From Tubulanus polymorphus (lineage: Eukaryota; Animalia; Nemertea), in contig NC_134026.1 in assembly GCF_964204645.1 (NCBI RefSeq), positions 26,136,150 through 26,200,149 of the forward strand: 64,000 bases of DNA, given 5' to 3'. Below, piece by piece: positions 1 to 13,700 of the stretch. Position 1 is the first letter of the stretch. The number at the start of each line of letters is the position of its first letter. A program made the position numbers and the translations under genes. Below the pieces are notes generated by a model. That model was not told the origin of the DNA. It saw nothing but the letters and a program-made list of their open reading frames with translations, and made no database searches.

Positions 1-585
1 TGCATTACCTTTGAAAATGTTTCTGTAAGCTACAAAATTATAGATATAACGAATAATTTTTCTGTGTGCTTTTTTTCAATCAGAAAATAATGTTTTTTGG
101 AGCTACAAAAACGATTAATATACAATTGTCGACAGGATGCTGCCATAGCAGCAGATATGCATTTTTGTAGAAAAATCCGTTAGAAAACCAAAAACATGGA
201 GCAAAAATTATTGTTCTTCGAGTTGAAAAGGTTTTTTTTAAATTTGACATACGTACGTATATATATATGGAAAATTAAATGAAGTTTGAAAATCTAGGTT
301 AAAATGTTAAACGACGGGTATGTGATGGATATTTCATGTTTGTCATGTGATGTTTTTCAAAATAGTTTTTAGAGTAAATAATGAATGTGATAAAATACGA
401 TAATAGTTTCAGGGGGCTTAATTAGCTGATTGAAACGTTCATTCGCGCATGAATATCAGTCAATTATTCATGATCACATTAAGATATTTTATTACAGATT
501 TCAAAAAGTTTATCACCTATTCGTCGACTATTCTTTTCTCATGTGTTAAAACGAAAAAATCTAGATTCTATGATATTGGTTTCAG

Positions 586-3500
586 ATGCGTGTGGTTGTT
601 GTTGTTTTTGGGTATGACTGGATTATTTATTTACCAGATAGATGACCGTATCGAACACTATTTTTCACGTCCAGTAACCGTCGATATAACTGTCGATGAT
701 AACCGTGGTCAGATTCCGTTTCCAGCGGTTACTATTTGCAACACCAATACTTACAGGTAACTCAGAAGATCATGCGTGGTCTGCATGGTTCACCCATTTC
801 ACCCATCAAAACATATGGCAGATGCTTTGAATATAACAAATAAAGACAATATGAGTTTAAAGGGTAACCTTGAGTTCGTTTTGATCTAGTGGGTTTTTAT
901 TACCAGGAGCTCATTTTATGGCACACCAGAACCCATAACCGGCAGACGTCCAGTGCTCGGTATAAGACGTCTTCTATCTTGGTATGAAACTTGGAACCAC
1001 TCCAGATAGGTTGACCTGGGCTCCAACTGAAGGGTGGATTATTAGGGGTGATCTCTGGTTTCGCACCTTTCCTTGCCTTCCCGGTGAGTTGCCCTCTCGT
1101 CAAGACAGAATAGTTAAAACACGCAAATTTGCTTTTAGGATGCGTATTTCGTCAATGATTTCTGAACACCGAGGGTGGGACCCCGCATGTGGCATTTTTA
1201 TTTGACTGGCTGCTTTATCCGAATTATCCTTTTCATTATTGTGTGGACCTCGCAATTTGCCTGGACCTGCTGCTGTGCAAGAACCATAAGTCAATGGACG
1301 TTACGATAATTCACTTAATTGGATACGTATAGAGATACAATTATGATATTTAAATTTCCAGACTGTCAGATACATATGCGGATGGTACATACGAAGCTAT
1401 TGTTGATTTCTACAATCAAAATGGTACTTGGGGATCTCAGAATAATGAGACATCTACTGCAGATCATGAGAAAACGCCAATCGATGATATTGATATGAGG
1501 ACTCTTATATTGAAATATGGTCATCGTTTGAACGAAACTGTTAAACTGTTAGTCATGCGAACAATTTTTCTGTGCACATCGCATACGTTTTTCATTTTTG
1601 TTGATACTGTTCATTATCATTTTTCAGGGCTAAATTTCAATCTGATTACATATCAACTGCTAACTTAACATCGGTGTTAACTGACTACGGCCAATGTTTG
1701 GGATTTAACCACGATGACAGGAATGTGATTTACAGTCAGGGGACAGGTATATGATCAGGCAAGATAGGGTTTTTACTTGTTTTCAATTAATGTTTGATTG
1801 CATAACCTTATAACTACAGGAGCGGCATTTGGTTTAAAGTTATTGATAAACTTAGAAAATTACCAGAAGATGGAAGGTGAACACGATTCGGCTGGACTTG
1901 AGATACTTGTTCATAATAAGCGACAGGCAATACGTGTGGCAGATTTAGCCCTATCTGTTCCACCGTCCATGACCGCTATAATCGATATTAGAGCAAAACA
2001 GGTAACATTTCTACACTAAACATCCTTAATCAAAACGGTTGAAATAAGAATTGTTTGATTTGTTTCCAGACAACCGAACTACAGGAACCGTATGGGAAAT
2101 GCGTTAAAGGCGCTCAGACACAAAGTATGTGTCAGTATCATTGCTATATAAGAGTGACGTCATCAATATGTAACTGCTTGCCATTTTACGCCGAAAAGAA
2201 CCCTAGAAATCTGAAATATTGTACTCTGAAACAACATAGGGATTGCTACAAAAAGCATCAAGGTGGTTTTGCTAGAAGATTCTTGAAGCACAAATTCTCA
2301 TATGGATAAATCTTAAAATGTCTTTGTGAACGCGAATCAATTTTCTTTCTAGCAAAAATCAGGCAGAATCCAAAAATATGTGGTGTAGATGAGTGTCCAC
2401 CACCGTGTCAACAACTAACGTACGATTCGCGCATCAGTTACACATCCTTGTCAGAGTACGTGGCGCGGAAAATGTTATTGAAGGAAAAACGTGACCAGAA
2501 CATGGTTGATGACTACAAAAAAGCAAGAGAAACCCAACACAAAACCGATCCCTCAATCGCAGCTGAAGACTATAAAAGTGTTCATCATTTCATCATTAGA
2601 TTTAGGAAATTACGCAATGTGATTCAAGAGTTGGCAACGTTCTACAAAAACAAAGATGTACGCGTTGTCAACGATTACATCACCGTGTTCGACAAGCTCT
2701 ATTCTTACCACGATTGGCAGCAACTGATGATAACGAAGTATTTAGAGATTACTAATGTTGACAAAATAGACGGCCTAATTTTTCCGGGTTTGAGAAACTT
2801 TAAAACGGCTCTCGAGGTTACTTTACAAGCTGATTCTCAAATTGTCAACGCATCCATCCTGAATAATTCTTTTTCGACGTTTTCGTTTGAAAATGCGCTT
2901 TATGATTTAAGTGCCATATTTCGTGATATAAGCAATGTGATGAGAACTGCTAAGTCGGTATTTCAATCTGTTGATTCAGATTTACAAAGAGAAGCAGACA
3001 TCGAAAGAGACATTGATCGGAACCACCCAATACCGTCAGCTTATTATTTTACACGTCTTAGCACAATTCGAGACACTAAGAATGAATTTTTACTTTCTTG
3101 TGACAAACTAATTTTTGCATGCGAAAATTCTAGACGGAAATTAGTCCAATTCGGGAATAGCAAATTGAAACAAGATTGGGATAGTTTTGGGAAATCGAGT
3201 TCAATTTTTAAATTTCGTCACCTTATTCATAACACGGAGGAGGCTGCATCGAAGATTACCTGGGAACTGAAAAAAGTAGCCGATGACGTCGAACAAGCGA
3301 AGAATCTTTTGAAGTCTTATCGAGCTCCTTTAGAGGCTGCTTTCAAAAAATATTTCATACCTATATTCAAAAATACGGTACCAAAATCCGATAACAGATT
3401 TATGGCGAACGGTAATGAAATTGTGCCTATTTGGAATAATATCGTTAGAATTACAAATAAAACCAGAGCAATAGATTTAGACCTCATGAGAAAATTGAAA

Positions 3501-4385
3501 TCACATATTAATCGAAACTCAGTTAAGTCTGTTACTGAAGTGAGTGTTTTGATCGATGCCAACAGGAAAATTCTCGAGAAATTTATATTTTACGTATCAA
3601 AATTTGAGAACTCTGTTACACAAACTCTTACATTTCTGACTAACCTAAACCTGCGTATCGCACAAGCGTATGACTATATCAAAAGAGATATCATGATCAA
3701 GCATTACACGAACAGTGATGCTTATAAGAATTTAACCACAATAATACATAGATTTGCAAAATTAAAAGCTGACAGCCGTGATTTTTCCCATATTGCTGAA
3801 AAATATGAAAAGGAATGCATTGAAATGAAATCAGGATGGTTTAGATTCTCCTCTTACATCGAACAATACAAGAAGAGCATACATATTGGAAAACAGTTTT
3901 TAGTGTAAGTACGGTATAAATGCCATTTTATTGATCATTGAAAATTAGTTAGAATAATTAATCACTGATTGATCACATATTCAAGGTAATTCTTGCTTCT
4001 TTCATAGTGACAACTATGTCTACGTCAACGTATTCTTCCGCACATTAAGTTTAGAGACATTAGACAAATCAGAAGGATACTTGTGGTTTTCGCTAGTATG
4101 TAAGTATCACTTCGAATGACTCGATTTGACTGGACAATGATCTATTCAGTCGTACGTATCGTCTCATTTTCAGCTGACATTGGAGGATCAGCCGGTCTGT
4201 ATTTAGGCGCATCGATACTAGCTATTGCCGAGGTTTTCTGGTTCTTTGGGTCGCAGTTCGTGTACAGCCTGAAACGGATGGCAAATAATAACGTACATGC
4301 GTCCAAAGATACAAAAAAAACTAAGAATGATGAGTCAGAGATGAAAGAAAGTAATGATGAAATTCTAGAAACATACATGTTATGA
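586..4385 (+). CDS. DEG/ENaC (ASIC/FaNaC-like) amiloride-sensitive sodium channel subunit with a very large ectodomain insertion; multi-exon, 5' end unresolved
   Basis: Exons by eye: 586-756 (TM1 CVWLLLFLGMTGLFIYQI + FPAVTICN), 1362-1547, 1628-1746 (TDYGQCLGFN), ~1820-2001 (GLKLLIN..AGLEILVH), ~2070-2262 (PYGKC..C..C..CNC thumb), 2353-3904 (CPPPC..TY..ISY + insertion), 4008-4099 (NYVYVNVFF), 4174-4385 (DIGGSAGLYLGASIL, TM2 with GAS filter, stop). GT-AG phases are compatible. The start codon/HG-motif exon could not be assigned. Confidence 0.93.
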
Positions 4386-5438
4386 TGGTAGAATAGCCAC
4401 ACTCAGACGTGGAGAACATATGATTTTATATATATATATATATATAAGTTTAAAACTCACTATGATACAGAATCTAAAAGATTAAAATCGAATCTTTGCT
4501 AGATCATCGTTAGGTGATGATTACTGATGACTCGAACGTCGTGCATTTTGATTTAAATTCTTGATAAATAAAACTCGATTTTTAAAATTCTGTAAATAGT
4601 GGGTTCGAAACTTATTATATCAAGACTTTGAATGCGGCAATTTCATGTTTAAACATCATTCACCGATCGAAATCAATGTTCGATATAATAATGTGATTTC
4701 ATTTTCTCTAATAGATCTATCAAAACGCGCGTAATCTGCGGTAGAATCTTTCTCAATCGGTAAAGCCCTGTCAAACTCCAGTTCAGGATTCCAGACATCT
4801 CAAGAAAGATGGTTTAAAAAGCTTAAATTCACTGATTGTACATATTTCACTATATTCTATATTTCTTTAATGTTTAAATGTCTGCGCGTGATTACTCATT
4901 GTTCTTTGAGACAGTTCGTCTATGTTATGTGTTCAAATACTGTTTTATTTTTCGTTGTCATTGTCACTACTCGTCACCTTTATTTTTACATCAATTTCCA
5001 TGTTCCTATGTCTTGTTCCCAATGTATAGTATGTTTATAAACAGTTTCGGTGTAAAATATATACATGTATTCCAAGGAGTCGTTACTAGGCTTCGATCTG
5101 TTCTCGATTTCCGATCGGTGATATTCAAGGTAACGTGGAATTTACGTTACTAAAATGGAATAGTTCGAACGATGCATCTCCATAATTTTCTTCATTTTTG
5201 AGAATTGAGAACAAGCGACCTGACCGGGTGAAGCAATTTGTTGTTTTAAAATCTGAGAGAAGCCTTTAATGGTGCAATAGATACATGAAATCCCAATGAC
5301 GAAGTGATTATACATGTAATATCTACAAAGTTGGTAGAATATACTCGTAGTTTCCAATGATTAATGAAATATCAATCATTATATCAATCTCAATGACTAA
5401 TGACTCGAAGCGAAAAGCACATGGCAACAAACATGATT

Positions 5439-5921
5439 TCAACACGTTCCGCAGCTTTTTCTACATAAAGCGTGTTTGTATTTATAGCTTCTACAAATAC
5501 CAGCGCGACTGCATATGTTAGCTATGTCTCTGCATCTATCTGAAATTAATAAAGGAATATATGATTCTTTCTTCGAAATATAACATGAACATACGAGTAA
5601 ATCATTTAGCACACTTCTAATCTTATATTCATTCACTATTAAGTTAGAAAGTAAGAAGTACAAAAATAAAACTTGCATCTACGCAGTAATTCGTTTTCTT
5701 GATCTGAAACATATGTATATACATTATTTAAGTTGGAAACGATTCTTATTCGGAATAGTACATCTAAGTGGCAAATTTGAAACAAAGGTGCGCTTTAACG
5801 ACAAATATGAACTGAGTAATAACACTTGATAATTCCTACCTATTTGAGTCACTGCATTGATTGTGATGAATGCGACGAAAGCCAGTGCGTACGAAATATA
5901 TATCAGTTTAAGAAGTGACAT
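5439..5921 (-). CDS. Small secreted ShKT-domain peptide (signal peptide + possible acidic propeptide + single ShK domain)
   Basis: Exon 5921-5840 MSLLKLIYISYALAFVAFITINAVTQI (signal peptide, phase-1 GT donor); last exon 5539-5439 RCRDIANICSRAGICRSYKYKHALCRKSCGTC* (6 Cys, C-x3-C-x2-C end typical of ShK). Possible 27-nt middle exon 5703-5677 (DQENELLRR, GC donor) keeps frame. Confidence 0.85.
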
Positions 5922-7792
5922 TTTCGGAACATACTGGATAATGAGAATAAAAAATGAAGAAACAATCATTGGCGATGAAGCGATGTCTAAATAACGAAAG
6001 CTTTAACAAGATGAACTTCCGTCCATGAGTTGATCATCCCCGGTGACAGCGTACATACGTTATTGAACAACACGACTGGTTGCACAGAACATCTGAAAAT
6101 AAATTTCTATTCTTTTCTATTCTATAAGTATATATATATATATATTCAGTGACTTACCATTATTGTAACTACAAAATTCTTAATTGTATTAGTTCCAATT
6201 TACGTTACGTGCATCTAAGCTACGATGTGTAAATGTTTTGCCCTATGCTGCAGTATTTTACGGCAACGACATCACCAATTATCGTCGTCTAGATGACACA
6301 TTTGGGTCGTCATCGTGTTGTTAATGTACTTACAGCCTGTTTGACTACTATTGTTTTTCAGTTATACAAGCATAAACTATTATGAAATAGATTTGACTAA
6401 TGGAGAGTCTCAAATTAAGTGTATTGTGTCTGATGGGACATAGTTTTGAATGAAGGAAGGACATATTGTCGAAGTTTATGGGCAAGCACATTTCGCGATA
6501 TCACATCAATTTAATGGGATAGAACGTGTTGAAATTAAGGTGTTCTGGTACCAAGATGCTTCATGTACACCATTCATTTTCCAGTCCAAGGCGTTATAAA
6601 ATTCTATTTGGTAATAACAGTTGTTTGAATGGAATGACCTATTCTGCCTTTTGCCAAATATCTTCCGAAACCGGAGGTACCCGATCCTAGAGTGCATAGA
6701 CTCGCATTGGTGAAACCGAAGTTCGAGGCCGTCCTTAATGAAATATGTCCTCCGTATGTTTAAAACTGTTTCCCTCTGTCGATCTGACAAACATCCAGAA
6801 TGTGCTAGCACCTGAACAGGAATTCCAATCAAGCCAATAAAAAAATCCAGAAACACTTTAAAAGACGTAATCTAAATAAAAGGCAACATTATTTTAATAG
6901 TAATGGTGTTTACATGAAAAAATCACTTCTCACTATAACAGCAAACTCAATATTACACTAGCAACTAACAACTGAAACCAAGCCATGCCTGACACTATAT
7001 CGCATCTTACACACTGTTTGCATAGAATGGTAGAATGATCAATTCACAGTTCCATCCTTTATGTAGTCATTTCAGCTTCTTTTGAGTCCATCATAAAAAA
7101 GCGAGCAAGACATCAAAAGAAAGTTAAGTTAAAACATTCATCGCATACTACAGATTAGATATGGCCACATAGTGGAAAACGTCGACTCATCGTTTTAAAA
7201 CACAACTCTGACAAATAGATATAACAAGTTGCAATTTAAATTTGATTATGTTTTCAGTAAAAACTTCATATACCGGTACTTCAATGAAAGCCACTGCATT
7301 TCATCTTCCATACTGGACAAAATATTTTCATACATTGAGAATGCATATCATCATCACCTGGGACAAGTATCATTATAATATTCATAATCATATATTTCCA
7401 TTTCATAGTTTTAAAAGGTAATCACAACTGTATCCATAGAATTTACCATTCAAAAAGTGAAATATTATCAATATATTAAATCTCACGAATGAAGTATGGT
7501 ATGGAGGATATGCCACTCCAGGAGACAAATTCTTTCAATAAATTACGAGTAAAATCAATATTGAATTGAACATCCAGAATATCTCTTGTAGCTTGGAAGC
7601 TCCAAATAAAATGATCATAAGCACACATTCTCCCATATATACATTGTATCGAGTCAATTCTACAGTCTCTACATTAATTCATTAATTAATCATTGTTTCA
7701 TTAAATTCAATTCATCATTCATATCATTTCGCAATATCATTCAAGAGAGCAATATCGAGGCTTATTAATGTTCGGAAACATGCTGGTTATTT

Positions 7793-10700
7793 TCAGTCTA
7801 TGAGCTGTTCATTGTGTTGTAGCACAGATATTTCAGTTCCCACCGTTTTTAAGCGCATCCGAGTCCCGATTTCTTTTTCGAAAAGATATCTTTCAAGTTC
7901 ACATTTACTTGTATCTTCTCCCGCTCCTGAGATGGAGTACAGTCCAAACAAAATCTGAAAAGAAGAAGTCATGAACTTCAATCGCGTGTTGTTTCACATT
8001 TGATAATCAATAAGGCGATATGGATAACTTAAACTACCTTTTGAATTCCTCCAGTTCTCTTTCAAATTCATCGAGATCTCCATTTTCAGCATTAGTTCTT
8101 GGTAGGAAGACATCATCTGCAAAGATAATCACCGAAACTGCAAGTAGAACAGATAAGAACACCAACTGGAAATCATATCAAGGTGTATAAATATATACAA
8201 ACCGATGAAAGAATTATCATCCATCTTTGATTTTTTTTTGCGATGTTTTGACCGCTTTTCATTGGAATCCTTTGACGGCGATTGTGGACTAGCCCTTTGG
8301 TTGATCGCAGGTGAAGACTTTTCTTGCTGTTCAATTTTCACTTTTTTAGGAGGAGTTATTTCATCTGGTGGAGGACTTTGCTTCTTTGGTGTTGTCATTT
8401 GTTCAACTTTCTGCAAAACTTTTGGTTTATCATTCGTTTTATCAGACTTTGAGGTGACAACCGAGGCTTTCTGTGTAGATGTTGAAAGCAGAGCTGCTGG
8501 TACTTGTGGTTGTTTCTTAGACTGTTTCGTAACATTATTCAATGTTTTATTATTCAAACTATGATTCTCAACCAGTGTTTTCACATTGTTGTTTTGAGAA
8601 AGCTTGCTATTATTTGCAGATGATACTACTACAGGAGGCTGCTGTGATTTACGTGCTTCTTCATTTTTTGCATTTTTAACTTTTTCCACAGAAGTTGATG
8701 GTATATCAATTGACTTGTTACCAGTACTACTTTTGCTTTGGGCAATTGGTCTCGGTGTTTTTGGTGAACTGGTTTTAGCAGATGTTGATCTAGATGCAGC
8801 AGTCACCTCCACATTCTTCAGTTGTTGTAAATCAGTAGACTCTGGCGAATTTTTAGATGATTTGGTACTATTTTTATCTGTACTAGCTGCCAACACAGGT
8901 TTATTATTACTAGATTTCACAGGTAACTCAGTCGTTTTGGTAATAGCTAAAGATCTAGCATTTGAATTTGTTTTCACTAATGTAGAAGAAGAGCTTTTGA
9001 CAGCCTCAACATTTTCCAATGGAGGTTTCTTCGCTTTCTTTCGTTTTAATGAGGAATTGTTGTCAGATTGTTCACCGTTTGAAGTATGATTATTCAGATC
9101 CCTTCCAGGCTTAGGAACCACTAGTACAGGTATAGATACAGGTACCAGATTGGCTGATCTAAGCTGAGATTTATTTGTTTGAACTGCCCCTGCATTTGTA
9201 GCACTTGCTGGACCCCTCACTTTATCGAATTGTAACCGACTTGGTGGATCTGAATGATGCTTTTCATTGCTAGATTTACATACAGGATTTGTTTGTTTGT
9301 GCGTTTGATGCTGAGCTTTTAATATCTCCTTTTCATGCTTGTTATTATTTGAGCTCATCGTAACAAGTTTGCTTTGCGTGGATGAAGTAGCCGTACTTGT
9401 TCTACTGGAAACTGATGCAGTGCTTGCATGAGTTTGTTGTGCTACAGGAGAGGGGGTTTTAACGGGTTCACTTGTAGTTGGTTTATTCTCCTGTTCTTTC
9501 TTAGCCTTTTCTTCAGCTTTTCGTTGTTTTTGCCTTGCTCGTTTCGCTGCTTTGGAACTAACTTTTTTCTGCTCCTCATTACCGCCATTGATGAACTTAA
9601 TCAATTCGTCCAGCTCGTCCAAACCACGTTTATCCTCTGATGAACTGACAGGTGATTGTGTTTGTGATACAGATAATTGATGCGTCTGTAGTGATGTTGC
9701 TGTCGTTGGAGTTGCCGCAGCAGTTTTCAAACATTGATTCGGTATAACTGTGGTTGCACTAGAACATGCATAAGACATAGGTGGTAGAGATGATATTTTT
9801 GTGGGAGTCCGATCTGGTGATGGTTTGCATTCACCATTCTGAAAAATTAAGATAGATGATGTGAACAAACATATCGAAATACTATTATGAATGACAGTCA
9901 CGGATTTTGCCAAAACTCCTTCAATACCTTTTTCTTTTTGAGACGCAATCTTAATCGATCTCTCATCTCGGTATAGTTGCGACTTGTAGGAGCTACTGGT
10001 GGCTGGAAAACAAAATTGAACAAATCAGATAGAACTTATGAAACTCAACGCAATATTCATATCTAAATTGTGCTGCCTTACATTTCCATGACCAAAGAAT
10101 TCACAGTAACAACAGTCACAGTATTTACTATCCTTCTGATTTGACGTTGATGTAGACGAACTCTTTTCTGAACAGCTATCATCAATACTTTCATCGTCGC
10201 AATGCGCATCACATTCCGGATCCGTACATAAACTCGGGGGGTTTAACCCTGTATTTAACGTTGTTTCCGGTATCTCTGCGGATGTGTAACCGTGATGATG
10301 ATGAGATGACAGTTGATTAAGATCGTTGTGATTGATAGTTAACGTACCACCCTGCGGCAGTTTAACGTGTGTTCCGTGAGATGAATTTGTCGCAGCTGAT
10401 TTCACGCAGTCTTGTTTCGCTACGTTTAAAGCCGCGTTACGAATCATCTCCGGTGTTAGTTTCAACGACACAGTGTGGTTCTGCGCATTTGAGGTAGATG
10501 TCGCCACTGTAGTGGTGGTTTGCGTGTGCCCAGTTGTGCTCGAGTGAGAATTGATAACTATCTGCGCTGGTATGTGTTTATTACACAAATCCGTCGGTTG
10601 GTTTTCAGCAGATGCGCCAGCAGCTGCGCACTGGGACCTTGTAATCTGTATCTGAACCTGTTGTTGAGTAAGCAGTGTACGGTTGATCGGCTGTAAATTC

Positions 10701-13700
10701 TTAAAACAATCCGGGACATGCTGCTCACCCGAGGTTGTCGTTAATTTAGCATTGATACATGACGTGTTCAATGGAAAAGAAACTTTTTGTGACTGCGGTT
10801 GCAATGTTTCTGCCGTACCAATTGTAACCTCGCTCATGAATGTGTTACCATTTAACAGTGGAGGAACCGGATTATTAAACAATTCACTGGATAAGCCACC
10901 ACCACCTCCATAAGACGCGCCCAGCAATATTTTTGAATCATACATCGCATCCCAGTCGCTGTACGAGTGTAATAAATGTTCCTTTAACAAAGACTCCGGA
11001 GAATGATCAAGGTTATCCGACGACGTTTTATGGTGTTGTAACACAGAACGCGGTTGCTGATGCATTGGCATGTGTAGATCATATAGATGAGGATGTAACA
11101 ATGGTCGAACATGACCAACTTGACCAGCTAGCGTATGTAGTGTATTAGCTCCATGTATATGTGGGTAAAGATGAAATGCAGCAGGATGTGGTGCTGGAGG
11201 CATGTGTTGAGGTAATGAAGTAGGTACATTTTTTCCAGTTTGCTGTAAACAGGCATGACACTGACACGGACCACTGGCACCTTCCCCAGACATCTAGGGT
11301 AGAAAAAGTTTATTGAATTATAACTGCTGTGTAAGTTAAGGTAATAACCGCAACTATTTCTAGTCCTAACCTTAGTTTTCTCTTGTGCAGCACAATGACT
11401 GCAATCACAGTTATTAGTATAATCGGCTTTAACTGTATCGACTGATTCTGATGCAGCACCTGCCGCATCGTCTTCTAAATCATCTGAATCTTTATCTTCT
11501 TTCAGACCATCCACATCACTATAAATATAAGGTAATCATATACATGATATATAAGATTCAATCAATTGACCTACGTTGTGGATTTGCATTAAAAGATTAG
11601 TCCACTTACTCAAATCCTTCTAAGCAGTCATTGCCAAAAGGTAAGGTAATTCGTTCCGGATCAATCGGTATCGGACTCGATGATCCACTGGAGTTTGTAC
11701 TAGACATCGATGGAGGATTTACATCGAGCATATACGCTGAACTGTTACCAACTGGCTGGTGCGGAAGTGGAAGGCTGTCTGTGACTTCAGGTGCAAGAAT
11801 ACCGCACGTTATCATATGAGATATTGTACATTCATCACAAGGACACCTAGAAACAAATGAAATACAAAAATCACCTGGTATTTATCATGATTGATTTCAT
11901 CCAGTTGAAAAATACAAAGTGTACTATCTAAATCGTTCTAAGAGAGAAAATTCATGTAGCATTAAATACCTTTTACGATTACAGTTAGGACATCGACATT
12001 CATCTGGACCTGGTTTATTTCCACTCAAGAGATTTCTCATCGTTTCCGTAAACTTTGCCTCCAAACTAGAACATAAAGGGAGAAATTAATCAATAACAAT
12101 TTATGTTTAAAAATCGAGTCTGATACGTTTACTGAAGCAGCACACCACACTTACCTATCATGATCAGCAGTACTGACTTTATTTTTCAAAACTTGCTCCT
12201 CAAGTATCTTGCGTTGAGCTTTGAAAAACTCCCAGTCTTCCTTCAGCATTTTCTGCTTGGCTTTCATTGCAGTCTGCAGAATACAAAGTTTTTTATGAGT
12301 ACATGTATCAATTAGAAGTTAATTAGGATAATTATCATAAAGAATTACCTGCTCTTCGCTGTAATCTTCAATCAATTTTTGACAATCACGCCAAACGACA
12401 GATATCACAGACATTTCATCATCAAATTTCAGATAACGATGCAATATGTTTGGATAAGTATCTTCATGATATGCCTCTTTGGAAGCAGCACCGAGTCTGA
12501 AATCAGACAACATATCAAAATTCATCATTACAATTGTAACATGCAGTTAATTTTTGTTGTTTTCTACAAGGGTTCTTTAGATACCTTAGTTGTGTTATGA
12601 GAACTGGTAGACTGTTTTGGACTAGGGGATCAGAATATATAATATTCTGAAAAAGGTGTTTATTGTGCAATTCCCAAGTGAGATTGAATTTTTTCAGATG
12701 TTCATTTTCCTGAAAATGAAAATACAAATTACTTGATTACGAATTAAATGAAATAATATCATGTATTTGAGGTTTTGTATGATTGAGTACTTACGAGTTC
12801 AATAAGGAAGGGTGCTAACGTTTTCGCAGCAGCACACAAACTTGCATATTCTTCGAGCATCATAGCGACGAACTTACGGGCCAGCACGGGAGTTTTATGT
12901 CCCGATGTCAACTGTTTGAACAATCGGACTTTAGTTTCTATCACATATTCACGTCCTTGCGATTCTAGACGCGTGAACAACTGATGAGGATCTCTCATAC
13001 ACAATCTACATATTAAAAACAGATAACAATGAAACATTTATCGCAATGATGACAAAGGATGGGTTCCTGCTATTCTTATCATCTATATCGTGAATTTACA
13101 GGTAAGACTTACATGTGTACAAGCTCATCAATGCGATCTTTGGATATTTCGGGTGATAGTGGAATGGGCTCGATCTGACTGCCTTTGTGTTTCCAACGAT
13201 GAACCATCTCATTCAATATAGCATCTTCTGAACGTACCTCATTACTATCAGTGTTATTATCATCAATTGAATCTGATGATTTATCGTGTTTGTCCTTCCT
13301 GCCGCAGTAAGCTTGACAAGCACAACGGTAGATGGTACGAACGCTTTGTCGTAGTTCAAACCAATACTGCTGTAGCTCTTGCACTTCAGTTTCATGTTCA
13401 GCCTCTATTTTTCTGAATAAAAAAGACACGTCATTTTGAGTAATACAGGACACACGAACGTTTGAAGTCTGTAAATAAAGATTCAATACCCTACCTCCTT
13501 TCAATACAAGCCTCGCAAGTACATAGAGTTCCATTGGCAGTCATCGGTTCAGAGTTGGATAATGTACTATAATCACCCGGGATGTCGCCAAATGGGTAGT
13601 TTCCAGCATCTAGCTTTATCTCTTCATCCTTTAAATGAAAGAGAAGAAACTTTGCTAATATCAAGTTTTACATGGATAAAATAAGTGACTTGGATAAGAA

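Noticed and set aside
449-585. ORF extension suggesting the channel lacks the HG gating motif
   Set aside because: Likely intronic read-through (acceptor at 585); the true N-terminal exon is unresolved and may lie outside the window.
860-1300. GC-richer intron segment with short ORFs (possible decayed LINE fragment)
   Set aside because: No reliable RT or endonuclease motif could be read; cannot be supported without a search.
6506-6856. 116-aa minus-strand ORF
   Set aside because: Non-ATG start, no recognisable motif, no consistent exon partners.
8205-9640. Plus-strand ORFs over FAM193A
   Set aside because: Antisense shadows of a long low-complexity exon.
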